Source: Haliotis cracherodii
Taxonomy: Eukaryota
DNA length: 64,000 nucleotides
Reading direction: 5' to 3'
Assembly (NCBI RefSeq): GCF_022045235.1
Contig: NW_027266264.1
Span: forward strand, 2,976,001 to 3,040,000
Shown: one piece after another, positions 50,801 through 63,212 of the stretch
Numbering within the stretch: the first letter of the stretch is position 1
Layout of the letters: each line of letters opens with the position of its first letter
Made by a program: the position numbers and the translations under genes
The notes under the pieces: generated by a model
Database searches by the model: none
The model's input: only the letters and a program-made list of their open reading frames with translations
Told to the model about the DNA's origin: nothing

Positions 50801-53800
50801 CCGGGTCTTCGGCGTGACGAGCGAAAGCTTTAACCACTAGATACCCGACCGCCCCTGATCCATGAACACATGGTCATGATACAGCCTGAATCGTACAATA
50901 GCTTTTTGTTGAGATGTGTTATGGAAAGGGTTTTGTCTATCAGATACGTAGCCACTGAAAGAATGACATGGTCATTTTCGTGAATAACATTATTCATTAA
51001 CATATATAGACATTATTCAAGAAAAAACATATGTGTACATCTAAAAGCGGACTACTTGTTACACCTGAATGTGCCGTGGAAGTTTGTAGAGTATGATGAT
51101 GGCGAGACGTCAGGGACATCACCGAATAACTACAACCACATGACATGCAACTTACTCGTCATACAGAGTCACGTCTGGGGTCCAAATACGGTGGAACGGA
51201 ACGTGAACAATCGCCGTCCCCTTCATGTCGGTCACATTCCACGCCAGTCGACAGTCTGTCCAATTCTGAGGGCAGAGAATAAAAAGTTGATATAATCGTC
51301 AGAGATTCAGATGAATCAATTTTCATGTCAAACATTCTTCACCAACGGTAATCTTCAATGCCCCCTTTCTAAAGACCGTTATGGTAAACATAGACAGAGA
51401 GAGTTTTCATGTATACTCTTCAAAAAAGGAACTCAAAGCCAGATCTGTGTGAGGTGGGAAAATACATTTTTACGAGGAACCGTACAAGGTATTGAGCCAA
51501 AATGTTGTGGAGAGAACACTTGGTGATTGTAGTCATCTCAGTTATCGGTACATAGGAAAAGTATATGTCCCCTGTTGGAATCGATAGCGGCCTGGCATCT
51601 CCTGCCCATGGAAGAGATGTATATGCGAATCACATCCTGGGGAATGGTAGCCCACTCGGCCTGCAACGCAAAAGCCAACTGTTGCAATGTCTGGGGTTGT
51701 GGTTAACGTTGGCGTAGCCGTCTATCCAATTCATCTCACAGGTGCTCTATCGGGTTCAAATCCGGGGATCTGGAGGGCCAGAGGAGAACATCAACGTTGT
51801 TGTTATGTAGACAGGCTCTTATGATCCGAGCTCTATGCGGTCGAGCGTTGTCCTGCTGGAATACGCCGTTGCCGTTGGCTGCAATTTGGAGGACGTGTGG
51901 TAGGAGAATTTCGTTGATGTATCGTTGAGCCGTAAGACTGCCCTGGATATGGACCAAACCTGTCATGCCATGATGAGAGATAGCCGCCCACAAGGACGTC
52001 TTGCTCGGAGACCTGCTCCTCTAAAACAGTTTCGTACGGTGTGGTCGGAGATTCTGCGCAGTCCGGGTATTTGGGATGCAGTTGAGGTGGCTGTGGTCGT
52101 CCTTTCATGTAGGTAGTTCAGTAGGATGTAGCGATCTTGGTCGGGGTTGGTAACTCTTAATCGTCCCGACCTTGGCCGATCACGTGTTGACCCATGCTGT
52201 TGAAACCGATCCCATGGCCTTGTGATGGTGCTTGGGCGCTACATTAAAAACCCTGGCTACAGCTGATCGGGATTCCAGTGCCTGCAAGCGGCCTATGACG
52301 TTGTTTCTTTGCACTTCTGTTAATCTTGGCATGTTGTTGAACTGCGACCGTTCATAGTGCTGCTGCACGTGCATTAAGTGCAGCTCCATGGTCATTTTGT
52401 TAATGCTCTGGGTGCGTTTTTTCGGAATCGTACGTGTTTCCCGACTAATGGTTTGCATGTCCTTGTTGTGATCATTGTGATCCGGGAAATTTCTCACTGA
52501 CACTATAACACATTAAACCTCTTAATTTTGCACCTCTTGGTCCGCTAATTTTGCTTTTATGGCCAAAAATATCCGTTATGCGTTTCTTTTTTGAGTATAT
52601 ATTTTCAACGTGCAATACAATCATTATCAGCAAGAGTGAGTTAAACTTTAACATCATATCGGCATTATTTCAGCCATACATCGACTGTCAGTAAGAGAAT
52701 AAATCTACATTCTCTGACCTCATTTTATATTTTAAATGTACAACTATACATGCATGAAAGTAAATATACTGAGTCAAATTAAAAACTTCATATTTTTAAA
52801 AGTAATCCCATATATGACATACAACGGACAAATGTATCAGAGAAGGTAATTTTTAATCAGTAATGTCCAAAGACGGATTTTAATTAACGGTGGTAACCAT
52901 AATTTGTTCCGAGCACCTACGGTATTCGGTAATAACATCAACAGTTTAAATCATAAGTCCCAAGCACGAGAATCTGATGGCACACAAGTTCAGTAGCGTG
53001 TATGGCCACCATGTGCGTTGACAACTGCCACACAACGCCTCCGCATGGACCTTGTGATGCTTGTGAACACATGATTGGGAAGACGACGCCACTGTTGCTG
53101 CAAAATGGTGCCAAGATCTTGCAAATTCTGTGGTTGGTTCTGGAGAGTGCGCAGACTTCTGCCAAGAGCTTCCCAGACGTGTTCAATGGGATTGAGGTCG
53201 GGAGACCTTGACGGCCAGTCCATGACGTTGACTCCCGCATTCTGAAGGAAATTCCTTGTCACAATTGCTGTGTGGGGTCTGGCATTGTCGTGTTGGAAGA
53301 TCAAACCGGGTCCATGTGCTGCCATAAAAGGCAGAAGTTCTGGTGCCAGTACCTGGTCGCGGTAAGCAGCAGCGTTGAGGTTGCCACGGATGACAAAAAG
53401 CCAGGAACGTGCATTGCCACAGAAAGCACCCCACAACATGACACTTCCGCCTCTAAATCTGTCAACATCCAATACACAACACTGGGCGTAACGTTCATGA
53501 CGGAGCCTCCACACCCTCGCCCTACCATCAGCAAATCGAAGATTAAATCGGGATTGATCACTGAAGACGACTTGATTCCAATTCCTCTGAGTCAATCGTA
53601 AGTGTCGCTGTGCCCACAATTGACGTTGACGTCTGTGTAATTGAGTCAGAATCGGCCCGCAGTATGGCCGTCGTGCTTGAAGGTGAGCAGTTTTCAGACG
53701 GTTTCGAACAGTTTGCGCACTCAGTCTACCCCTAAACAGTTCACTTCTGGTTGATGTAGCCGTCAAAAATCGGTTACTGAGGTGACGTAAGACAATCTGA

Positions 53801-56800
53801 CGATTGTCTGCATGTGACGTCAAACGTTGTCGACCTGGCCGAGAGCGATCAGCGGTGGTACCCGTTTGCTGTAGACGGGTCTGTAAATCATAAACAGTCC
53901 GTCGACTACAACCCATCGTCCTTGCGACTTCAGCTACGGACGTTCCCATCTGCAACATGCCGATGGCACGTTCAAGTTGCACATTTGAAAGGCGTGGCAT
54001 GACAAATGGCCGTAAAGACTTTTGTTTTCTTGTGTTTTTCTTTTTTTGTTAATGACTGCTAACAAGTATGTCTGAAACACGTGCGGTACTATGGCCACGT
54101 GACCAGTTGCACGTGAAAACTATAGGTCTGTGCACATGATTTTGATCGATTCACCTGCACAAAAACGGGTGTTATCTGAAGACAATACGTGGCCATTACT
54201 GTTTAAATACACAATAAGGGCCCACAATGATAACTGGTCAAAATCTTAAAATTTTAGGAGTGTGAAGTTTTTAATTTGGTTCAGTATATGTCCGAATATG
54301 TACATTGTGCACTTTCCTTTTTGGAAAGCGTGTAGCCAAAGCGGACGTTTCCTCTGCCATATATTTAATTGACAGTTTTATCTAAATACAGAAGAACTGT
54401 TGAAGTGAACTACGCACTTGTTTTCCTCCAACCTGGTGCGTTTATCCTGTTTCTAAGAAGTGTTTGTTTTCATAAATGCTGAGTGACCGCCTCTGCCCAC
54501 TGATAAAGCGAAGTAAACACTTTAATCTCACAAAACGTCCTTAAGGTTGATATGTGAAATCACGCTTATCGTCTTTCAGATATCGAATTTTTAAAACATT
54601 TAAAACTAGAATTCCCGGGATATGGTGGTCTCGGTGGCACAGGACACGTGACCAGGAGAGTGAGTGAGTTAGGTTTAACGCCGCTTTTAACATTATTCCA
54701 GTTATATCACGGCGTGCCAGCTTAATGTGGGAGGAAAGCCCGAAGTGATGCAGGTCTCGGACGTTTAACACTTCGGTGAAACCCACGAGCACGAGTATGG
54801 TGCTGACAAACCTAGAAACATAATCGGGGTGAACCGGGATTCGAACCCACAATCATTGGTTTCTGGCGTGTCCAGGGGACGCAACTCTGCACAGCGAATC
54901 GCTTCGCCTTAGACGACTGGGCCACCCGTGCCCCCTGACCAGGAGAGACTATGTGACATTTCACTTACCATGTTAAGAAACGTGTACTATACACGTATGG
55001 TATTGCATGTGAGATAAACTTGTACATCGAAAGGACTTTCATCCCAGGGATAATACGTATGTATTTAGTAACTAATCGGAATAATCAACAGATCAATGTC
55101 ACACATATCTCGTTATTACGGAAACATCAGCGTGGAATATATTTTTCTATCAAAACTTGCCTCTTTATCAATGCAAATTTTAAATAAAACTTACAAAATA
55201 TTTCAATGGTAATACTTTGATCAAGTACATATGTGCGTGACTCTATAAGTAATTTGGCGTGTGTGTGTGCGTGTGCGTGTGCGTGTGCGTGTGCGTGTGC
55301 GTGTGCGTGTGTATAACCCAATCTTAACTTTAAACATGGTGTTAGTATATGTCTTAATTTACCTTATCCAGATCATGACGTTATAATTTGTTTTTATGCC
55401 TAAGTGTCTCGTAGGCCATACCTAGTCGGATGTTATATCTTATTATTTGTGTACGTGTTTTAGTATGAAGTGTATATAACATGTGACACTACAATAAACA
55501 TTATTCTCTCTCTCTCTCAGCATTCAGGCGCTTTACATTATCATCACCCAGGTCAATGGATTAGTGTGCACAAAATTTGCATTCTCAACTCCATGGGGAG
55601 TATTAAACCCCAAGCTGTCTTTGAGGAGCAAGAAGGTTAACAGACACATTAACATCTTAACCTACCGGCTACCCACATTCTGCTGGTGCAACAGAGGTGA
55701 GGTGAGGTGAGGTGAAATGGGGTTTAACGTCGCGTCCAAGATTATTGCACTTATATAGCGACGTGCATGTACGTGTGTGTGTGTTTGTGTGGCTGCTTGT
55801 ACTAGTCCGGACTGATGCCGATTTATAGTGCAAGCTCACTGAGATACGATGTCGCAGTTTAACACTCAGACACAGTATGCTGACTCCGAGCCGACTAGTC
55901 CTTGTTTTAACCCCTTAATGCCGAGCGCCAGACAGGGTAACAACAAGTTCCATCTTTTAACGTCTTTTGGTATGACGCGGTCGGGGATCGAACCCCGGAC
56001 CTTCCGCTCTCCGGGCGGACGCTCTACCACTAGACCACGGAGGCGGTCTGGTTCAACAGAGGCATCGTTCGATCAAAGTCACTTACCTAAAGATACATGT
56101 ACCACTTACCTAAAGATACATGTACCACTTACCTAAAGATACATGTACCACTTACCTAAAGATACATGTACCACTTACCTAAAGATACATGTACAGCGTG
56201 TGCTACGTGTGCTAAATGTGCTAAATGCGCTTCAGTGTAGGCCAGGACTTTAGCCTGAGGCCCTTTTAGGAGTGAAGTTGACGAAAACGGTCACCTATCC
56301 AACTACTCTTCGCGAACAACGTTGCTAACGTCACCTGACTTGTGGCCTGTGCGATGTAGACAAGACCACCTGCTACCACGTAAAAATGGTTAAACCCTCT
56401 GTGAGAATCTGTAATAAGTGTCTGGATTTCAAAGTGATTTTGGTAAAATGTAAACCTCTTTTCATAATTTTAAACATGGTTTGAAAATAATATACTTTTG
56501 TGTATTGTGTGCAAACGTTGCTTGTAATATACAGATATTAATCACTAGCCGTACCCAAACGTTGCTTTAATAAACAGATATTAATCACTAGCCGTATACA
56601 GACGTTGCTTGTAATAAACAGATATTAATCACTAGCCGTATACAAACGTTGCTTGTAATAAACGTATATTAATTACTAGCCGTATACAAACGTTGCTTGT
56701 AATAAACAGATATTAATTACTAGCCGTATCCAAACGTTGCTTGTTATAAACAGACACTAACACAAAATGTATTCAAACGTTGCTTGTAATAATCAGATAC

Positions 56801-59201
56801 TAATCGTTTATCCAAACGTTGCTTGTAATAAACAGATACTAATCGTTTATCCAAACGTTGCTTGTAATAAACAGATACTAATCGTTTATCCAAACGATGC
56901 TTGGCTGAAATGAAGAAATATCACAAGACGTATCCAAACATTACTTGTTATAAACAGCTACTAATCACTAACCTATACAAACGTTGCTACCCGTATCATA
57001 ACGTTAGTTGTAATAAACAGATACTACTTACTAGACGTATCCAAACGTTGCTTGTCAAAATCTGCCTCGTTTCAGCCTGTAATAGATATATATGCGGTAT
57101 CCTCATTGTAATGTTAACTGACAGGCCAACCCATGCTTGCCGTAAAAGGCGACTAAATGGATCGGGTGGTCAGGCATGTCATCGATCCCAATTGCGTGGA
57201 TCGATGCTCATGATGTCTATCACTGAATTGTCTGGTCCAGACTCGAGTATTTACAGACCGCTGTCATATAGCTGGAGTGCGGCGTTAAACAACAAACAAA
57301 CAAACACTGACAGGCCAAACTGACATTCTGAAAATGGATATAGCTAATACAATTACATATGACTGATTAACTGTGACTGATTCCATGTTCAACATGTTGC
57401 AAAAGGGAACCGGAAACAGTGACCATTAAACATAAAACAGGACATCACACCACATAACCTCAAGATCAATGCCGTAACAAGATCACAGCCGTAACCGTTT
57501 ACCCGTGACAATCTGTATCAGATTGGGTCTTCATCAACCCATGCTTGCCGTAACAAGCGACTATGCTTGTCCTAAGAGGCGACAAACGGGATCGGGTGGT
57601 CTGGCTCACGCATGTCATTGTATCTTAATTGCGTGGGTCGATGCTCTTAACTTGAGTGTCTGGTCTAGCCTCGATTATTTACAGACCGCCGTCATATAGC
57701 TGGAATATTGCTGAGTCTTGGCGTTAAACAAACGTAACTTAGATATTGGGTACACATTGTTCCTTGAAGTCGAAACCTACCAGACTGACAACTTGTCTGA
57801 GTGCCAGGCCAAGGTGTATCTCCACAGGTGTGTCACAGCGAGGGTGCATATTCTTCTGGTAAGATCCCAACAAGGTGTCCAGAACGTCACATGTTTGATT
57901 ACTACCTGAATTACATAGCGATGTTGACATTATCGTCATGAGCACACATGTGATAACGTTCATTATGGGAGAGTGAAGGAAGTTGGTTTAATTCCTTGAA
58001 CATTGGGCGTAGAAGGAAACATAACTGCGAAATGAATGGGCCGTTACTTGGCCAACCCGAAGTTATACGTTTACCAACTTGTTGAACTATAAGACATGTA
58101 TCAGCTTTACTTCCTTGGTGAGACCCGTGAAGATCCGGGGTAGAATAGGTCTTCAGCAACCCAACCTTGCGTAAAAGGCGACCATGCATGTCGTAAGAGG
58201 CGACTAACGGGATCGGGTGGTCAAGCTCGCTGACTTGGTTGATGCCTGTCATCGATCCCAATTGCGTGGATAGATGCTCATGATATTAATTACTGGATTG
58301 TGTGGTCCAGACTCGATTATTTACAGACCGGAGTCATATAGCTTGAATTATTAGTGTGGCGTTAAACAACAAACAAAAACAACCCAGGGTGAAGCCTACG
58401 AGCAAAATGAATGGTTCTGAAGTATATTCACAGCGTTTCTCGGATTGGAACCTCCGACAATCACAGGATTCCCGCTACTCGTGACACCGGAGACAACTGC
58501 ACCACCATCACCATTACACAATTCCACATAGGAGCACACACCTTCACGTTGAACAAGTTGTATTCTTTTTCATGAGTTGCTCAAACGCTTTACATATCAT
58601 TGACTTTCTACATAAAGAAAGTATGTGACCAACCCTGAGATAAGGGAGCTTTACGTGAAAAATCACATTTGCACTTTTCATTGTATTTTAAAAAAACCCA
58701 TCATCTAACGAACGCAAAAATACAAGCCATATTTGATATTTATTATGGAGCTAATGACGTCACACATGGCTATCTTTACAGAAGAAGTGGACGTCAAACG
58801 TCTTTATGACGGCATGGCACAATTGTATCTTAGCACCCATTTGGTCCCCTTTCTCCTGGTGGGTCACGCATACACAGTTGTACTCACTTACGTATGTGTA
58901 CGAAAATATCAATATATCGTTTTAATTTTCATGTGATAATACGAAAACAGTAATATTAAAATCAGAACTCGAAGTCGGGGAAAATCGAACAATTTCGAAC
59001 TGTCGGTAGCTCGAGACTAGCGGAGTTTTGATATGAAACAAAATTACCGATATGATTTGTGCCAGGGCCTAAAAGTAACGTCGTTGACGATATGTCGAGT
59101 AAAGTAGTTCGAGTAAAGCAGTTCGAGTTATACTCACAATGTCCACAGAGGACCGGCTTGAAGATACACACAGCTAACCATATGTAGTATACCTGAGACA
59201 T
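47889..59201 (-). CDS. Cys-loop ligand-gated ion channel, non-alpha nicotinic acetylcholine receptor-like subunit (~458 aa)
   Basis: Exons 59201-59138 (signal peptide), 57905-57781, 57076-57032 (45 bp, AETRQILTSNVWIRL), 51265-51156 (110 bp, WTD...IWTPDVTLYD), 50466-49928 (Cys loop CQVDATYFPFDKQDC, TM1, PPASGEK-TM2), 49029-48842 (TM3), 48194-47889 (TM4, WLTIAFTLDRLFL). Total 1377 nt. The 45- and 110-bp exons are typical of nAChR genes. Confidence 0.9.
49537..49647 (-). mobile_element. Short tRNA-derived SINE, internally deleted
   Basis: TSD AGGTCAAAACAGT. Confidence 0.8.
49688..49850. mobile_element. Tc1/pogo-type MITE (same family as 1323-1496)
   Basis: Colinear with 1323-1496; TA flanks. 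Confidence 0.8.
50691..50855 (-). mobile_element. Short tRNA-derived SINE
   Basis: Same family as 35859-36028; TSD TGATCCATGA. Confidence 0.88.
51414..52597 (-). mobile_element. Tc1-family transposon, internally deleted and degenerate
   Basis: MPRLTEVQRNNVIGRL, FQQDNARPH, WPSRSPDLNPIEHL fragments; imperfect TIRs TACTC..AAAAAAG; TA flanks. Confidence 0.88.
52767..54286 (-). mobile_element. Full-length Tc1 (DD34E) transposon
   Basis: 24-bp TIRs TACTGA..CAAATTAAAAACTTCA (2 mismatches); TA TSD. Confidence 0.95.
52990..54000 (-). CDS. Tc1-family transposase, intact 336-aa ORF
   Basis: Paired-like HTH N-terminus; FSD, HDNARPH, SPDLNPIE with 34 residues between the second D and E. Confidence 0.93.
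   Translation of the reverse strand: MPRLSNVQLERAIGMLQMGTSVAEVARTMGCSRRTVYDLQTRLQQTGTTADRSRPGRQRLTSHADNRQIVLRHLSNRFLTATSTRSELFRGRLSAQTVRNRLKTAHLQARRPYCGPILTQLHRRQRQLWAQRHLRLTQRNWNQVVFSDQSRFNLRFADGRARVWRLRHERYAQCCVLDVDRFRGGSVMLWGAFCGNARSWLFVIRGNLNAAAYRDQVLAPELLPFMAAHGPGLIFQHDNARPHTAIVTRNFLQNAGVNVMDWPSRSPDLNPIEHVWEALGRSLRTLQNQPQNLQDLGTILQQQWRRLPNHVFTSITRSMRRRCVAVVNAHGGHTRY
54661..54935 (-). mobile_element. tRNA-derived SINE with extended head
   Basis: TSD TGACCAGGAGAG (54649-54660 / 54936-54947). Confidence 0.9.
55698..56049 (-). mobile_element. tRNA-derived SINE with Meta-like central domain, full length
   Basis: A box TGGTCTAGTGG; B box GGTTCGATCCC; (CACCT)n tail; TSD CAACAGAGG. Confidence 0.88.
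56080..56194 (+). repeat. Five perfect 23-bp repeats
   Basis: (CACTTACCTAAAGATACATGTAC)5. Confidence 0.95.
56510..57056 (+). repeat. 44/39-bp minisatellite overlapping the 45-bp nAChR exon
   Basis: CCGTATACAAACGTTGCTTGTAATAAACAGATATTAATCACTAG units. Confidence 0.9.
57128..57732 (+). mobile_element. Two ~260-bp-family SINE-like copies (57128-57305, 57501-57732)
   Basis: Same family motifs. Confidence 0.75.
58121..58381 (+). mobile_element. ~260-bp SINE-like retroposon
   Basis: Same family motifs. Confidence 0.82.
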
Positions 59202-59612
59202 GCTCCTTCAACACCTGGGTGATCACATGTAGTATACCTGAGACAGGCTGCTTCAACACCTGGTTGATCACATGCAGTATACCTGAGACATGCTCCTTCA
59301 ACGACTGGGTGATCACACGTAGTTCACCCGAGACAGGCTCCTTCAACGACTGGTTGATCACATGCAGTATACCTGAGACAGGCTCCTTCAACCACTGGGT
59401 GATCACATGTAGTTCACCTGAGACATGCTCCTTCAACACCTGGGTGATCACATGTAGTATACCTTTGAATGCCGCTACAACACCTGGGTGATCACATGTA
59501 GTACACCTGTGAATGCCGCTACAACACCTGGGTGATCACATGTAGTACACCTGTGAATGCCGCTACAACACCTGGGTGATCACATGTAGTATACCTGTGA
59601 ATGCCGCTACAA
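59176..59612 (+). repeat. 45/44-bp minisatellite overlapping the nAChR start codon
   Basis: GATCACATGTAGTATACCTGAGACA.GCTCCTTCAACACCTGGGT units. Confidence 0.92.
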
Positions 59613-61431
59613 TACTAGGAAGTGGGGACTGTATCGTTACGCGTTTCCCCATATGACCAACTGATCGACAATGCAGGAAAACTTGATTACAGCAACGTTC
59701 CTGGTGCTCGTAGCGCCGCAACTTTATCAATATTAAACACGTGCTTGATTTCTCAACAGATTGTTGACCTGATCGATAAAAGTAGGACCGATTCTTCTTT
59801 CGAATGCATGGTAATCTTAGATTATGTGCATGTGTCGTTCGATTATAATCTTCATGTACAGGTCTGTGCATGCATAATATTAATATACTAATGGAATAAA
59901 GTAACTGTGCTTACAATAAAGTGGGGTACATGTTAATAAAAATAACAACGTAATATTTGGTCATTCGTCTGATCAATGTTTTATCGAAACAAACCCATTA
60001 ACAAAACCTGGTATCAGGAGTCGATACGCCCTAAAAGCAGTGTTCAACAAGTCAATTGACAGTGTCATGACACTTCTCTCCTCCGTGTGTATGGCATCTG
60101 ACCACGTTCAGCCTGATGTCATAGAGCACTTTTACGCAGAGATAAGGAAATGTCTTATGAAGGCTAGCTCTAACCATATCCCCCAAAGTGGAACATGATG
60201 GGTTACATGAACCCCACTATGACATGAGGGTGGCAAGACGATAATGGATAGCCTGAGCCTATAGCGAAGTGGATGCAGTCACGCCAATACACAACACAAA
60301 ACGTCAATGCCAGAGAATAACCAGTCTCGATTTCCTGCCGAAAACATACTATTGGGCCTAAAATGTAAAACAGGAGTGAAAAGTTTATGAATGAAGCACT
60401 TAAAATCAGTGATGACACCAAGTGTCCGCAAATAGGGTAAGTATGTCCTGCCCGACCGGTAGAACCCACCACTCACACCTGTAACAACAGTACGCGTCCC
60501 CTTTGACAGCCATTTAGGTATTATCTTCCATACATTATTACTTACATTGAATGTGTTTTCTCCCTCCATGACTAAATCTGTTCGAACAGTTAAAATTTCC
60601 TGTACAAAGTACAGATAGAGGAATATAAAAGCGTCATTGAACTGCGTGATATGCCAGATGGCAAGAGCCCTACAATATATAGCCATGTTAACATACATTT
60701 ATTACGAATATCGTGTCACCGCCACCACGTAGTGTAGGCTTGCTGTTACAGGAACGTGTACCACGTCCCATAAAAATGTATTTGGATGGTAGCTGCACCT
60801 GATGAGATCCTCATTCATTGTTCAACGCACCAGGAATCAAATCTCTACTGGGTTTTACTTCGACAGGACGAGTTCCTTGATGATAATAGCCAAATCCACT
60901 TCTTAGACGGTTGTGTTTAGTTGATTGTTTTTTTCTTGGGACAGAGAACATTTTCCCATTTCCTGTTTACTTAAATATGTTTCGTAAAGGGCATATCCAC
61001 GACATACAGAATTTGAAGTTATAGTTTGAAACTCTTTCCTCTGATGATTCTATTTTGAATACAGCCATTATTCTTTTGGAATTATGGATCTTCAGGAATG
61101 TCAGAAGAACTGAGATGTATGAGTTCAATGCGTAAATCTCAGCTAGTGTACCTAAGAATGTTGAGGATTACATTCAAAACAGCACAAATTTCAATTATCT
61201 TTTGAAGGATCTTTTATTATCCACGGAATTGTATTAAGCTGTAGCAGACCTTATCTTGTTACTAATTGTTTTGAGAATTATCTTGACTTCTCATGACCAC
61301 AAATATATCCAGTTCAACTAGAATAAAAGACTTAGCACAGAATGTGTGTCAGCTTCAGATCCTCGAGTAATCTAATAGACAGAAAGGAATAGTAGCAGTT
61401 TCAACGTCCTGGGTGACTATCAGTGTCGACA

Positions 61432-63089
61432 TCAGTTGGACAGTTCGACGAGGAAGACTATAAGCACCACTAGGAACAGCGCCACGTGGAGGAGGAAGAA
61501 CAGTCGGTCAAGAATGATGGCTACTGTCAGCCAGTCATCGTATTCCAGATCTACACTATCAGGGTCAGGTTTCTTGTCTTTGGTATGTTTCACCAGATGG
61601 TCTAAACTCTCTGATATCTTTTGGTAGGACTTTAAGATGGCACCAAACTCTGTAGGAGATGTTGGCGCTTCCTCAGATACGAATGGAATCACAGCATTAG
61701 TGCCGTTTGCTTTAGGGTTCATCTTGTTGAGGTGCTTCTGGAAACAAAGGACATGGTTCATAAATGGACCTGGCAAGAACATTATCTCAGTGGTTTTACA
61801 GAATTTTAATTAAAGTTAGTCTAAGATCGAAGTTGATTGTTGCTGCTTCACAATATGTATATATGAAAGATTCTACATCTCCAAGGGGACACGGATAAGA
61901 TGAAGAAGAGTTGTATCCCTTAGGCGTTCCATAATGTCAGGCTTCCGCCCCTCAACAAGCTGACCCGTGATATACCTGAAACACTGTGCACGGCGGCGTG
62001 TAATCAGTCTCACTTACATCCGCATATTCTCTGAACTTATGTGGTCTTTTCACGCACAGTATACGACCAAGCCTGTCAATGAAGATGCTGCGGACCATAG
62101 GAGGAACCTTCCAGCCTTGTTGACCCTTCAGATGCACCCTGAGGACGACGACAGCCAGGAAACACGATGTGCTGGCCCAAATCATCACCAGCATAAAATA
62201 CACGCCTGAAATATGTAAAAGACATTAACATATTTAGGTGAGGTAGTCTATTGGTTAAAGCGGTAGGCTTGTCACACCGGAAAACCTAGGTTCGATTTCC
62301 CACACAGACAATTGTGAGTCGCCCATCTATGTGTACACTGTCGCCATATAGCCGGTATAGCGACTAAAGCGCCGTGTCAAATTCTGCCACCCACTCACTC
62401 ATCAGGGGAAGCCGGAACAACGTTATCTTACACAATGAATGCTATCAGTTAGTTAATAACAGATCACTGTTATCGTTAATAACGAAACCGGAATATTTGT
62501 ATTTGTATGGCCGTCATTATCTCTGTACTCACTATGATAAATGGACTTACATATAATTGGCAATGGTTTCGAGTTTGGAGGAAGCCTTTCCAAAGTAATA
62601 AACTGGAACAATGTAACAGACAGGAAGACGGTGACTTCGAGCCCAATCTTCTCCCCAGACGCCGGGGGCAGGAAGAACCCGACGGCGGATATACTACAGA
62701 TCAGGCAACACGGGAAGAACAACGTCAGAAGGAAGAACAGTGGCCGTCTACGTATGTTCACAGTGTAGATGATGGTGGTGTAGACGCTGTTGGTGTATAT
62801 GTTTGGGTTCGTCACTGCACTGACGCCTGTGAGGAACCACTCAGCGTTCTCTTGGTACGACGCGACGTCTCCTTGCTCTGTGCTTGACAGGGTCACCATG
62901 GAGTCGTCATACACCCACAGTCCGAACTCCAGGGGGCACTGCTGCAGGTCAAAGGGGAAGTAGGTGGTGTCCACCGAGCAGATGCTGCGGAGGATGGTGG
63001 GGAAGAATTGGGAGACGTTGCCCTCACTCGTTACTGCCAGGTTGTAGAATTTCCTCTCCGACAGAGCTACATTATTGCCGGAAGCAGTG
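61432..63089 (-). CDS. Second non-alpha nAChR-like subunit (3' three exons; 5' exons beyond window)
   Basis: Exons 63089-62551 (539 bp; CSVDTTYFPFDLQQC, PPASGEKIGL), 62205-62018 (188 bp), 61737-61432 (306 bp). Lengths and phases are identical to the neighbouring paralog. Confidence 0.9.
62235..62400 (+). mobile_element. Short tRNA-derived SINE, diverged
   Basis: TAGTCTATTGGTTAAAGCG..GGTTCGATTTCC..CACTCACTC. Confidence 0.7.
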
Positions 63090-63158
63090 CTGAAACATGT
63101 GACACATCAAGTGTATGACATGTACCATGTTGTAGAAACTAGCACATTTACATAGTAC

Positions 63159-63212
<54 letters not shown>

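Noticed and set aside
55362-55400. Candidate nAChR 45-bp exon (..IWIR|GT)
   Set aside because: Wrong phase and length; the proper exon is at 57032-57076.
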